This document shows, piece after piece, positions 7,715-16,236 of a DNA stretch of 44,551 nucleotides. The notes beneath the pieces are model-generated. The model saw only the letters and a program-made list of their open reading frames with translations, had not been told where the DNA came from and searched no databases. The translations under genes were made by a program, and so were the position numbers. Location of the stretch: sequence record MW331437.1; one strand, given 5' to 3'. The stretch is from Escherichia phage phiWAO78-1. The first letter of the stretch is position 1, and each line of letters opens with the position of its first letter.

Positions 7715-8764
7715 ATGGCAATTACCACTATCGGCGATATCGTAACTGGCAACATCCCGGTCCTGGCGTCTTATATGACCGAGGACCCGGTGGAAAAAAC
7801 CGCGTTCTTCCAGTCCGGTATTCTGACCCCGACTCCGTACGCCGCTGAGATTGCTCGCGGTCCGTCCAACGTCGCTAATATTCCTTTCTGGAAAGCGATT
7901 GATACTTCTATTGAGCCTAACTACTCGAACGATGTGTATCAGGATATCGCCACCCCGCGTAATGTGCAAACCGGCGAGATGATGGCCCGTGTTGCGTACA
8001 TGAACGAAGGTTTCGGCCAGGCGGATTTGACTGTCGAACTGACCAGCCAGAACCCGCTGCAATCCGTAGCGTCCCGTCTGGATAACTTCTGGCAACGTCA
8101 GGCACAACGCCGTCTGATTGCTACCGCGCTCGGTCTGTACAACGACAACGTAGCCGCTACCGATGCTTACCACGAGAAGGATGACATGGTAGTGGACGTG
8201 TCGGCTACTTTGGGCTTCGACGCAGGTGCGTTCATCGACGCCACCCAGACTATGGGTGATGCTCTGATGGGTAATGGCGGTGAAGTGCTGGGCGCTATCG
8301 CGATGCACAGCTTCGTTTATGCGCAGGCACGTAAGCAGCAGCTTATTGACTTCATCAAAGACGCTGACAACGACACCCTGTTTGCCACCTACCAGGGCTA
8401 CCGTGTGATTGTCGACGACAGCATGACCGTAGTCGGTACCGGCGGCAGCCGCAAGTTCATCTCCATCATCTTCGGCAACGGCGCTATTGGTTACGGAGAA
8501 GGCAACCCATCCAACCCGCTGGAATACGAGCGTGAAGCGTCTCGCGGTAACGGTGGTGGCGTTGAAACCCTGTGGACCCGTAAGACCTGGTTGCTGCATC
8601 CGCTGGGCTACAGCTTCACCAGCACGGTAATCACCGGCAACGGCACCGAGACTACCCCGCGCTCTGCTTCATGGCAGGACCTGGCGAACGCCTCCAACTG
8701 GAACCGCGTTGTTGACCGTAAGCACGTACCAATCGCCTTCCTGGTAACTGGTGTAGGGTCTTAA
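7715..8764 (+). CDS. Major capsid protein
   Basis: 349 aa ORF with GAGGAAA SD following scaffold and followed by a strong terminator; position and size typical. Confidence 0.75.
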   Translation: MAITTIGDIVTGNIPVLASYMTEDPVEKTAFFQSGILTPTPYAAEIARGPSNVANIPFWKAIDTSIEPNYSNDVYQDIATPRNVQTGEMMARVAYMNEGFGQADLTVELTSQNPLQSVASRLDNFWQRQAQRRLIATALGLYNDNVAATDAYHEKDDMVVDVSATLGFDAGAFIDATQTMGDALMGNGGEVLGAIAMHSFVYAQARKQQLIDFIKDADNDTLFATYQGYRVIVDDSMTVVGTGGSRKFISIIFGNGAIGYGEGNPSNPLEYEREASRGNGGGVETLWTRKTWLLHPLGYSFTSTVITGNGTETTPRSASWQDLANASNWNRVVDRKHVPIAFLVTGVGS

Positions 8765-8780
8765 GGTTAAGATATAATCG

Positions 8781-8808
8781 AGAGGGACTTCGGTCCCTCT
8801 TTTCATTT
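8781..8808 (+). terminator. Rho-independent terminator (AGAGGGAC-TTCG-GTCCCTCT + TTTCATTT)
   Basis: 8-bp stem with tetraloop and T-run directly after the capsid gene. Confidence 0.7.
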
Positions 8809-8823
8809 ACTAAGAGGTAAATT

Positions 8824-9195
8824 ATGGCTAAGACCGGAAAAGGCTTGCCGCGAAGCCTTCAGAATGTCGACTTCGGCGACCTGGATATCAGCGTAGGCTG
8901 GGGAGAAGTAACAGGTAAACCGGCGGTAATCGCCGCGGGGGCGACCCAAGAGGCGGCCCGTACCGCTATTGGTGCAGGTACGTCAAGCCTTGTGATCGGA
9001 ACAACTTCGACTACCGCGATGGCCGGGAATAAGTTCGTTCAGGGCACTGCGGTTACCGACGTCGGCTCGCAGACCGTTACCGGTGAAGAGGCCGCCGCGG
9101 TTGCTACGTCCGCACAGACTGCGGTTAACGCAGTAGGCACTAAACTAAACGAACTTCTGGCGCAGCTTCGTGCCGCTAAAATCATCGCATCCTGA
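8824..9195 (+). CDS. Hypothetical structural protein (possible head decoration/fibre protein)
   Basis: 123 aa Ala/Thr/Gly-rich ORF with AAGAGG SD after the capsid gene. Confidence 0.4.
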   Translation: MAKTGKGLPRSLQNVDFGDLDISVGWGEVTGKPAVIAAGATQEAARTAIGAGTSSLVIGTTSTTAMAGNKFVQGTAVTDVGSQTVTGEEAAAVATSAQTAVNAVGTKLNELLAQLRAAKIIAS

Positions 9196-9206
9196 GGAGA
9201 TTAAAA

Positions 9207-9548
9207 ATGGTTGATGTAATCAAACGTCGTATTAACGGTGTGTCCGCCGATACCGTAGGTGTTAAAATCGATATGGCAAATATCGCCCCTGCGTCTTTTT
9301 CCACCCCACTGAACGCCACAACGGCAGTAACCTCCGGGCAGACGATGACTCTTACCGTAGTTGTAGCTGGTGGACTCGAGCCGTACTCTTACCAGTGGTA
9401 TAAGAATAACAACGCTATCCCTGGTGCTAACGCCGCCACCTACGAGAAAACTTCGCTCGCTACCACCGATTCTGGTACGTATAAAGTGGTCGCGCAGGAT
9501 GTGTATGGTAATATTATCTCCAGCAGCACTGTAGCAACTGTGTCTTAA
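9207..9548 (+). CDS. Ig-like domain-containing protein (putative)
   Basis: Motif YSYQWYKNNNAIPGANAATYEK...DSGTYKVVAQD resembles immunoglobulin-like domains; GAGGAG SD. Confidence 0.45.
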   Translation: MVDVIKRRINGVSADTVGVKIDMANIAPASFSTPLNATTAVTSGQTMTLTVVVAGGLEPYSYQWYKNNNAIPGANAATYEKTSLATTDSGTYKVVAQDVYGNIISSSTVATVS

Positions 9549-9584
9549 TGCAACGGCCCTTCGGGGCCGTAATAAGGAAAGGTC

Positions 9585-9764
9585 ATGGCAGATAATTACG
9601 TAATCCGCGAAAAGTACACCCGCGTTGACATTGTTGACGGTCAGGTGATGCCTGTTCGCGGCGTTGTAGAAGCGGGTGAACTGGTTGCGACTCAACCGGA
9701 CAGCGAAGAAGCGCACAACAACGGCGGCGGTACTAAGCGTCGTCGCCGTAAGTCAGAGGAATAA
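9585..9764 (+). CDS. Small hypothetical protein (59 aa)
   Basis: Just below the ORF-track cutoff; AAGGAAAGG SD before ATG 9585; C-terminal basic tail; fills the gap between flanking genes. Confidence 0.3.
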   Translation: MADNYVIREKYTRVDIVDGQVMPVRGVVEAGELVATQPDSEEAHNNGGGTKRRRRKSEE

Positions 9765-9767
9765 TTT

Positions 9768-10295
9768 ATGTCGCTAATCGTGGAAACGGGAGAAATCGTC
9801 CCTAATGCTGACAGTTACGTTAGCCTGGCTGACGCCCGCGCGTTAGCGGCTAATTACGGTCTTGAGCTACCGGCGGACGATACCGCCGCAGAGGTGGCCT
9901 TGCGCAACGGCGCTACCTATGTCGGGCTTGCAGAACCGCAGATGTGCGGTCGCCGGGCGTCAGCAGAACAGTCTCTGGCGTACCCACGCACCGGCGTTAC
10001 GTTAAACGGGTTCCCTGTAGCAAACAATGCCATCCCGAAACAAGTAATTCTTGCGCAGGTAATCGCCTCCGCTACATATGGCGCTGGTACTGAGGTGCGG
10101 GCTAACTCAGACGGTCGCTCTGTGCAGACTGAGCGCGTAGAAGGCGCAGTAACCGTCACCTACTTCAACAACGGCAACAGTGGCGCTACGACCGCGATAC
10201 CGCTGCGGACGACGCTTTACGCCCGTTACTGTGTGGTGGTCTTAACAATGGCTTCTCGTTTAACGTGTACCGGGGTTAAAAATGGCGAAGACTAA
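9768..10295 (+). CDS. Head-tail connector/adaptor protein (putative)
   Basis: N-terminal ADSYVSLADARALAANYG resembles the start of gp6-like head-tail connector proteins; position between head and tail genes. Confidence 0.4.
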   Translation: MSLIVETGEIVPNADSYVSLADARALAANYGLELPADDTAAEVALRNGATYVGLAEPQMCGRRASAEQSLAYPRTGVTLNGFPVANNAIPKQVILAQVIASATYGAGTEVRANSDGRSVQTERVEGAVTVTYFNNGNSGATTAIPLRTTLYARYCVVVLTMASRLTCTGVKNGED

Positions 10296-10896
10296 AACAG
10301 AGATGTTCGCCCTTATCGGGACAAATCTCGCAGATAATACAACTGGCGCTATAACGCCTGAGTTGTTGCGCGAGGTAAACACACAGTTAGCGGACTCCAT
10401 GCTTTACGCTGCGTCAGGCGTGAAAGAGGTTGAAGTTCTCCGTGCCGCGGCAACCGTGATACAAGCGCCTACCGCAGTAGATACAGCATTGCAGTTAACT
10501 TTTGGCTCCGCTCAGGGCAGCGTGTCAGACCCGGTAATGCTTAATGCTGCGGGGCTGGTTACGTTCAACACTGCGGGTAACTATGCCGTTCGCATCAAGT
10601 TACAGGCCGGGCGCACTGGGGCAAGCGGCACGTCTATCCTGTTATCGCGTATTCTTATCAACGGTGCTCAGTATGGCTCACCCGCCGCTACGAAACTGGT
10701 AAGCGCGGATACCACAATCCCGATTGAATCTCGTGTCGTTATTAGCCCAACAGCAGGCCAGACGTTTGCCGTTCAGATTATGCGAGATAGCGCCGGAAGC
10801 GACTTCGGCGGTGTATATCCGCAAGCGGCTACCGTAACCGCATGGGGCACAGCACCGTCTGCACTACTGGTTATTTCGAGACTGGAGGCCGCGTAA
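10282..10896 (+). CDS. Hypothetical structural (neck) protein
   Basis: 204 aa ORF in the collinear late operon, overlapping neighbours. Confidence 0.4.
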   Translation: MAKTKTEMFALIGTNLADNTTGAITPELLREVNTQLADSMLYAASGVKEVEVLRAAATVIQAPTAVDTALQLTFGSAQGSVSDPVMLNAAGLVTFNTAGNYAVRIKLQAGRTGASGTSILLSRILINGAQYGSPAATKLVSADTTIPIESRVVISPTAGQTFAVQIMRDSAGSDFGGVYPQAATVTAWGTAPSALLVISRLEAA

Positions 10897-11255
10897 TGAG
10901 CACCGCTTTCAGTAGACGTATGCAAGGCGTGGGCACACGCCTGCTAACTAAATTCGGCAGCACGGTATCTCTGATTCGCGCTGGCTCGAAAGTGTGGGAC
11001 GAAGTCCTCGGCGAGTACGTCTGGTCCGCGGATGAAGTGTTGCCGTTGAATACTGTACCAGTTCCGGTTAATGCGGGACTGGTAAACGGTACGACGATTC
11101 AGGCTGGCGATATGATTGTTAAAGCGGATTGCAGTGTCGTTCCGAAGATGGAAGATAAGGTGCAATTCGGCGGCAAGCAATGGTCTGTCGTAGCCATCGA
11201 GAAGAAGATGATTAATGATGATGCCTTGGTCTACTTTATTCAGGTGAGAAAATGA
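10896..11255 (+). CDS. Hypothetical head-tail joining protein
   Basis: Start at ATG 10896 overlapping upstream stop (TAATG); ORF open from 10842. Confidence 0.4.
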   Translation: MSTAFSRRMQGVGTRLLTKFGSTVSLIRAGSKVWDEVLGEYVWSADEVLPLNTVPVPVNAGLVNGTTIQAGDMIVKADCSVVPKMEDKVQFGGKQWSVVAIEKKMINDDALVYFIQVRK

Positions 11256-11647
11256 GTTTCGCGCTTGATGTCTCTAAGTTCGTGGAAAAGGCGAAGAAGA
11301 ACCCCGAGAAGGTGATGCGTCAGGTGTCTATCAAGCTGTTTTCCGCTATCATAAAGGCGAGTCCGGTAGATACAGGCCGATTCCGTATGAACTGGATGGC
11401 ATCTGGTGGAACTCCTGCCTCTGGAACTACAGACGCTACGGATAAATCAGGAAACACGGCAACCGGAAACGCTACAAGTTTCGTACTGAAAGCCACCGAC
11501 TGGCGCGAGTTCACGCTGACTAATAACCTGCCATATGCGCAACGGCTGGAGTACGGTTGGTCGCAACAGGCCCCGCAAGGTGTGGTAAGGACTAATATAT
11601 CGCGTTTCCAGCAACTCATTAACGAAGAAGCCAACAAGGTGAAATGA
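11252..11647 (+). CDS. HK97 gp10-like tail component (putative)
   Basis: Motif PVDTGRFRMNW resembles the conserved DTGRLR motif of HK97 gp10-family proteins. Confidence 0.45.
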   Translation: MSFALDVSKFVEKAKKNPEKVMRQVSIKLFSAIIKASPVDTGRFRMNWMASGGTPASGTTDATDKSGNTATGNATSFVLKATDWREFTLTNNLPYAQRLEYGWSQQAPQGVVRTNISRFQQLINEEANKVK

Positions 11648-12060
11648 TGGGCTACTTTGAGGACTTAACAAAAGCGTTTGATGTGCCGCTGGTAGCCTTC
11701 GGAACCACCAACGGCATCAAGGTTGCGCTTGAAAACATCGACGCACCTACATCAACCGATACGCCGTATCTGGCGAGTTACATGTTGCTGGCAGATACGG
11801 AACAGGCGGATTTGTTCTTCACGGAACAACGCTCTGGTATTTATCAGGTAGACATTAACTACGCATCGGTGAAAGGTAGCGCGTCAATCAATAAAATGGC
11901 AGACTTACTTAACACGGCATTCAAAGCAGGTAAGTCATTTTCACGTAACGACATCTGCGCCGAGGTTCAATCGGTTAGCCTGGGGCCGCTGATTGTAGAA
12001 AACGGATGGGCCAAACGACCATTGTCAATTAACTTTATTGCATTCACCAAGAGGCTGTGA
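11644..12060 (+). CDS. Hypothetical tail protein (possible tail terminator)
   Basis: 138 aa ORF immediately upstream of the putative major tail gene. Confidence 0.35.
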   Translation: MMGYFEDLTKAFDVPLVAFGTTNGIKVALENIDAPTSTDTPYLASYMLLADTEQADLFFTEQRSGIYQVDINYASVKGSASINKMADLLNTAFKAGKSFSRNDICAEVQSVSLGPLIVENGWAKRPLSINFIAFTKRL

Positions 12061-13229
12061 ATATGGCTACAACTCCTTTTAAGGGCGCGAATACCGCGCA
12101 ATTCTATGTGGCGGAAACTACCCCGGGCGTAACACCTACTAACCCGGTCTGGTCGCCATTGCGTAACACTGGCGGTGTTCCAGCGGTAACCCGCGATGCG
12201 CTGACTTCCAACGAACTCGACGGCAGCCGAGAAACTACATCCATCCGCACCGGTAACAAACAGGTTAGCGGGGAGTACGCCATCGAACTTAGCTCACGTA
12301 GCCAGGATGATTTCCTTGCGGGTGCTATGACTTCTACGTGGCAGGATGGGGTAGAGATTACGGGTGCCGAAATTACGGTCGCCCCAGCAGGTAAAACATT
12401 CACCCGCGCTGCCGGTAGCTTCATTACTGACGGTGTAGAAGTTGGCGACCTGATTGCGTTCACCGACTTAACCGGCGACAACGCAAAACCGTTTATCGTT
12501 ACCGCTGTTTCCGACCTTGTAGTTACGGGGGCGGGCATTCAGCACACGCTGACAGCAGAGACTGTAACCACCGACGCTAAAACTGGCGATAAACTGGAAA
12601 CCGGTAACGCGTGTAAGACGTTCTCCATCCTGACATGGTTCAAAGGCCAGTGCGGCAACCCAGACGCGTACATGTTGACCAAAGGCGTGGAAATCTCCGG
12701 TTTCACCATTGAACAGGCCGTAAACGCGATGGTGACAGGCAGCTTCCCGTTCATCGGTCTAAGTCAGGAAATTCTTTCCGAACCGCCGGCAGGTTCCGAC
12801 TTCTCTCGGGTCACATTCACTGACGAGCCGTTCTCATCTGTAGATGTGTCTGTTTTCGACGGTTCTACGCCGTTGCGTTGCGATACTCTGACCATCACCA
12901 ACGACAACAGCGCATCCGCGCAGTTCGAACTTGGCAACAGTAGCGTTGCGTTCGTGGAACGTGGCCGCGCGGCTAACACCTTCTCCATCTCCGGGAAGCT
13001 GTACGACATGGCGATGATTCAGAAGTTTATCGACGAGCAGCAGGTAGAGATTAACTCTATTCTGGCGGGGGTAAACGGGGCTATGTCTTTCAGTTTGAAA
13101 CGTGCAGAGCTTACGGCGGTTACACCAGAGATTGGCGGACCTGAGTCAATCACTCAGTCCATTGAAGGCCAGGCTACTGGCAACCAGTACCAGTCGTCTA
13201 TTGTCATCCAGCGTATCACCTACGCATAA
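12057..13229 (+). CDS. Major tail protein (putative)
   Basis: 390 aa Thr/Gly/Ala-rich ORF, last gene before a bidirectional terminator and upstream of the chaperone/tape-measure genes. Confidence 0.55.
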   Translation: MNMATTPFKGANTAQFYVAETTPGVTPTNPVWSPLRNTGGVPAVTRDALTSNELDGSRETTSIRTGNKQVSGEYAIELSSRSQDDFLAGAMTSTWQDGVEITGAEITVAPAGKTFTRAAGSFITDGVEVGDLIAFTDLTGDNAKPFIVTAVSDLVVTGAGIQHTLTAETVTTDAKTGDKLETGNACKTFSILTWFKGQCGNPDAYMLTKGVEISGFTIEQAVNAMVTGSFPFIGLSQEILSEPPAGSDFSRVTFTDEPFSSVDVSVFDGSTPLRCDTLTITNDNSASAQFELGNSSVAFVERGRAANTFSISGKLYDMAMIQKFIDEQQVEINSILAGVNGAMSFSLKRAELTAVTPEIGGPESITQSIEGQATGNQYQSSIVIQRITYA

Positions 13230-13233
13230 AACT

Positions 13234-13260
13234 AAGGCCCCTTTTGGGGCCTTTCTTCTT
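13234..13260. terminator. Bidirectional rho-independent terminator (AAGGCCCC-TTTT-GGGGCCTT)
   Basis: 8-bp stem with T-tracts on both strands between convergent genes ending at 13229 and 13259. Confidence 0.7.
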
Positions 13261-13813
13261 ACAAACCTAATTTTAAAGCAATGTCTATAACGTTCGATTT
13301 AACGTCACCCGGTATGATATATGTGTCGCAATCTTTTACACCATCAACATCATACAAGTAACCACGGCTATCCCCGTCAAACGTATAGCCGTCTCGGTGC
13401 AAGCGAACAATTCGCACTTCATGCCCAGCGGCGACGATAGGAGCCACTTCACTGGCGAACCCACCGTCGGACACTACAAAAACTTCGTCGCCGTCGGGCA
13501 AGTTTTCAGCAAGATACTTACCGAAATAATCATCGCCGAATACCGGTTTAATGAATTGTTCAGAGATAGCAATCATGAATTGACGGCGAGACAAACCATT
13601 AAGGAATCCTTCTGGCTTTTCTTTCCGCGCCCGGTCGTCGTAGCCGTCGAGAAACTCGTGGTAAGCATCCGGGCCTAACGCTGCCAGAGCGATATTGAAC
13701 ATTGGATTCTTGAAACTGGTAGTTCCTTTCGCAAAGCCCATTTCTACCAGTGCCATAGCAAGTGTGTCTTTCCCGCAACCCGCAGGGCCATTAAGAATAA
13801 TTACATTAGCCAT
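13259..13813 (-). CDS. P-loop nucleotide kinase, deoxynucleoside-monophosphate-kinase-like
   Basis: N-terminal Walker A LNGPAGCGKDT at residue 7; size and GKDT loop resemble phage dNMP kinases (T4 gp1 type). Confidence 0.55.
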   Translation of the reverse strand: MANVIILNGPAGCGKDTLAMALVEMGFAKGTTSFKNPMFNIALAALGPDAYHEFLDGYDDRARKEKPEGFLNGLSRRQFMIAISEQFIKPVFGDDYFGKYLAENLPDGDEVFVVSDGGFASEVAPIVAAGHEVRIVRLHRDGYTFDGDSRGYLYDVDGVKDCDTYIIPGDVKSNVIDIALKLGL

Positions 13814-14298
13814 TATTTATCGCTCCCATGTGATTTTAAGCGTGTAGAGTTCCCGTTACAGTCGTATTCAGTAACCGCGTGCGTCGTGATTCCTAAGCCA
13901 CGGAAATGCTTAATCACCGCTGGCGAGTCGTCGAATGCACACAAGATTCTTTCCAGTCCGATAGCGCGCAACACCTCTTCTTTAATTACGATGTCTTTTC
14001 TGTTGTCGTGTTTGCTACGCATGATTAACTGATAAAATTCGACGCGGTGGCGCTGCAGCCACATTCTGGTTTCTTTTTCTGCATCATCACTGCGACCGGT
14101 TAAAATAATAACGGCGTATCGCCGATTAAGGGCGTTACATAGTTCGATATTATCTCTAATTGGCTCATCGTCTTTGCACGCCATGTTAAATGGCCTCCAA
14201 GCCCATGTTTCGCCGTAGTTATCTTTTGGCAGCAGGTGTAAACGATGTGTACCATCTGCTAATGTCCCGTCTAAATCGAAAATTACAATATCTTTCAT
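13813..14298 (-). CDS. HAD-superfamily phosphatase/hydrolase
   Basis: N-terminal motif I IFDLDGTLADG (DxDGT nucleophile motif) typical of HAD phosphatases. Confidence 0.6.
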   Translation of the reverse strand: MKDIVIFDLDGTLADGTHRLHLLPKDNYGETWAWRPFNMACKDDEPIRDNIELCNALNRRYAVIILTGRSDDAEKETRMWLQRHRVEFYQLIMRSKHDNRKDIVIKEEVLRAIGLERILCAFDDSPAVIKHFRGLGITTHAVTEYDCNGNSTRLKSHGSDK

Positions 14299-15317
14299 CC
14301 CAGCATCTCCGGTGAAATAGTTAAACGCGCAACCTCGCCATATTTGGCGCTATAAGTAATTACATTTGCGCTACGGCCCGACATCCATCCGCCGCGGGAG
14401 GCGTAGGCGTCTTTAGCCGCTAAGGTGCGGTGTTGCTCAACAATCATGTTACGGCTTTCTACAATCTTCTGATGGTGCAGGTGACCTACGTGTGCGTAGC
14501 TGTAGACGCTCTCGCCGAACGCTTTGCGGAACTTGGCAATCATAACTGGTTCGATAGCGTCGAATCGCGCCTTGTGTCCGTGGGTAAAGAACAGCGTCGT
14601 TTTGCCGTGCTGCACCATCTTGTAAACATCCGGCGACGTATCGACGAACACACGCGGCTCATTGTCGTACAGCGTACTGAACATCTCAGCCAACCAAATC
14701 ATACCCGATTCGTCGTGGTTCCCTTGCACGATAAGCAGTCGGACGTTTTTATGTTTAACGAGCGCCATATCAACAACACGGCGTACCATACGAATCATGT
14801 AGCGGACAAGTTTCTGATAACGGGTGTCGGCGTCAAGAGCGTGACCGCTTGCAGGTGTAACGGCAACCAGACTATCGAAGTGCGCGAAGTCGCCTAGCAG
14901 GTTAATAACTCCGGTCCCAGCGTCCGGCGCTTTCTGAAACGCCTCGTCGAACCATCGGGAGAACAGGCCCTCCGCGATTTTCATATCCCAGTCGTCGCCG
15001 CTCTCGTCGGCCCAGGCCAGCATACCGAGATGGAAATCAGACACAGTGTAAAGATTGAGTAGTTTATCGTCGCGTTTGGCGCGAATGGTTTTAACAGGTG
15101 CAACGGGGGTAATCTCTGACTTCATGCCTTCAATTACGGCTTTCATCAACTCGACCTGACGTTCGGCGTCGGTTTCTGTCTTAACCCATTGCAACTTAGT
15201 ATTGCCGAGTTCGTCCACCAGAGACGACGTCCCCTTAATCTTGTAGCCGTCCGGGACAAGGTGACTAACGTCGCGACCGTGACCTACGCCTTTCTTGGCC
15301 AGCTCGCTTTCGGACAC
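14295..15317 (-). CDS. Calcineurin-like metallophosphoesterase
   Basis: Ordered motifs D-x-H (VSDFHLG), GD (LLGDFAHFD), GNH[DE] (VQGNHDE), FTHGH and GHLHH; GTG start; roughly 80-aa N-terminal extension before the first motif. Confidence 0.7.
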   Translation of the reverse strand: MSESELAKKGVGHGRDVSHLVPDGYKIKGTSSLVDELGNTKLQWVKTETDAERQVELMKAVIEGMKSEITPVAPVKTIRAKRDDKLLNLYTVSDFHLGMLAWADESGDDWDMKIAEGLFSRWFDEAFQKAPDAGTGVINLLGDFAHFDSLVAVTPASGHALDADTRYQKLVRYMIRMVRRVVDMALVKHKNVRLLIVQGNHDESGMIWLAEMFSTLYDNEPRVFVDTSPDVYKMVQHGKTTLFFTHGHKARFDAIEPVMIAKFRKAFGESVYSYAHVGHLHHQKIVESRNMIVEQHRTLAAKDAYASRGGWMSGRSANVITYSAKYGEVARLTISPEMLG

Positions 15318-15423
15318 GAATTACGCGGTCTGAGATGCCGTATTTACGGGCTATATCGATAGTTTTAACTCCGGCGTTCAATTCTTCCTGTAATTGTTCG
15401 TCGGTTATTTTCTTCTGGGCCAT
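15265..15423 (-). CDS. Small HTH-containing protein (52 aa), overlapping the 5' end of the metallophosphoesterase ORF
   Basis: ATG 15423 with GAGGAAG SD; sequence TIDIARKYGISDRVIRVRKRA looks like a helix-turn-helix; different frame from 14295-15317. Confidence 0.3.
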   Translation of the reverse strand: MAQKKITDEQLQEELNAGVKTIDIARKYGISDRVIRVRKRAGQERRRSRSRR

Positions 15424-15461
15424 GCTTACTTCCTCGTGTTTAGGATTTGTCCTATACTAGC

Positions 15462-15653
15462 TCACTTCTCGTTAACATTCGAGTTGCATGCCCAGATTAA
15501 AATAAAGACCCACGGCAGCAGAATCCAACCAAGAAACAGATTGGCCATGAATATCGCCAACTTCGCTTTATGGTTGCGGAAATACGCAACCAGGAAAGGT
15601 GCGAAATAAGCGAGCAGCGCAAATAGAATTAGGGAAACCGGTAAACTTGACAT
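15462..15653 (-). CDS. Superinfection-immunity-like small membrane protein (Imm family-like)
   Basis: 63 aa, two hydrophobic segments; motif YFRNHKAKLAIFMANLFLGWILLPW resembles the superinfection immunity protein family; first gene behind promoter element C. Confidence 0.55.
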   Translation of the reverse strand: MSSLPVSLILFALLAYFAPFLVAYFRNHKAKLAIFMANLFLGWILLPWVFILIWACNSNVNEK

Positions 15654-15680
15654 TTTAAACCCCTTCGTTGTCGGTGTAAG

Positions 15681-15713
15681 TGAATAGTACCCTATTATAT
15701 TGGGGCGCGCAAG
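15681..15713 (-). promoter_or_regulatory. Class-1 conserved promoter-like element, copy C
   Basis: CTTGCGCGCCCCAATATAATAGGGTACTATTCA on the minus strand, about 30 nt upstream of ATG 15653. Confidence 0.6.
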
Positions 15714-15819
15714 TAATGTGATAGAATAATTTTGCGCCTAGTGTCGCACACGAAAAGCGGGTGGTTCCCGTCTGGCGCAACACCATCAACCAGTAACCTC
15801 TTAACCAAAGGATTAAAGA

Positions 15820-16236
15820 ATGAAACTTTCTGATTTTTATTTCGAAGAGAAAGCACTGGTAGGCAAGAAGATGCCGATTCTGCTACCAAACGGCGAAGAC
15901 TCCGGTGAGTGGCTTAATGTTGTAGGCCCTGATGCGGATGCCGCCGTTAAAGCGGGGCGGGCTTTCATTATCGCGTACCGCCGCGGGTTGGCGCGTTTTG
16001 AAGAACTGGAAAAAGCCGCCAAAGAATCCGGCGACTATACTGAATATAACCTGGCGGTTAACGAACTGGCGGAAGACCTCAACCGACAACTCGCATCGGA
16101 AGTCGTAAACGGCTGGAGCTTTGATGAGCCTTTCTCTAAGGAAGCGCTTAACAAATTGCTGGATCAGTTCAAGGCATTGGGTACACAGGTGGCGGCGTTC
16201 CATAACGACGAGCGCAAAGCATTACAGGAAAAGTAG
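15820..16236 (+). CDS. Tail assembly chaperone (putative)
   Basis: 138 aa acidic ORF immediately upstream of the tape measure gene. Confidence 0.5.
   Translation: MKLSDFYFEEKALVGKKMPILLPNGEDSGEWLNVVGPDADAAVKAGRAFIIAYRRGLARFEELEKAAKESGDYTEYNLAVNELAEDLNRQLASEVVNGWSFDEPFSKEALNKLLDQFKALGTQVAAFHNDERKALQEK

Noticed and set aside
7229-8599. 456-aa ORF on the minus strand
   Set aside because: Antisense to scaffold and major capsid genes; low-complexity Gly/Val/Arg-rich translation typical of a shadow ORF; no SD or operon context.
9553-9570. GC-rich hairpin ACGGCCC-TTCG-GGGCCGT after the Ig-like gene
   Set aside because: Not followed by a U-tract, so not called an intrinsic terminator; may be a stabilising stem or processing site.
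12104-12538. 144-aa minus-strand ORF inside the major tail gene
   Set aside because: Antisense shadow ORF; no promoter or SD.
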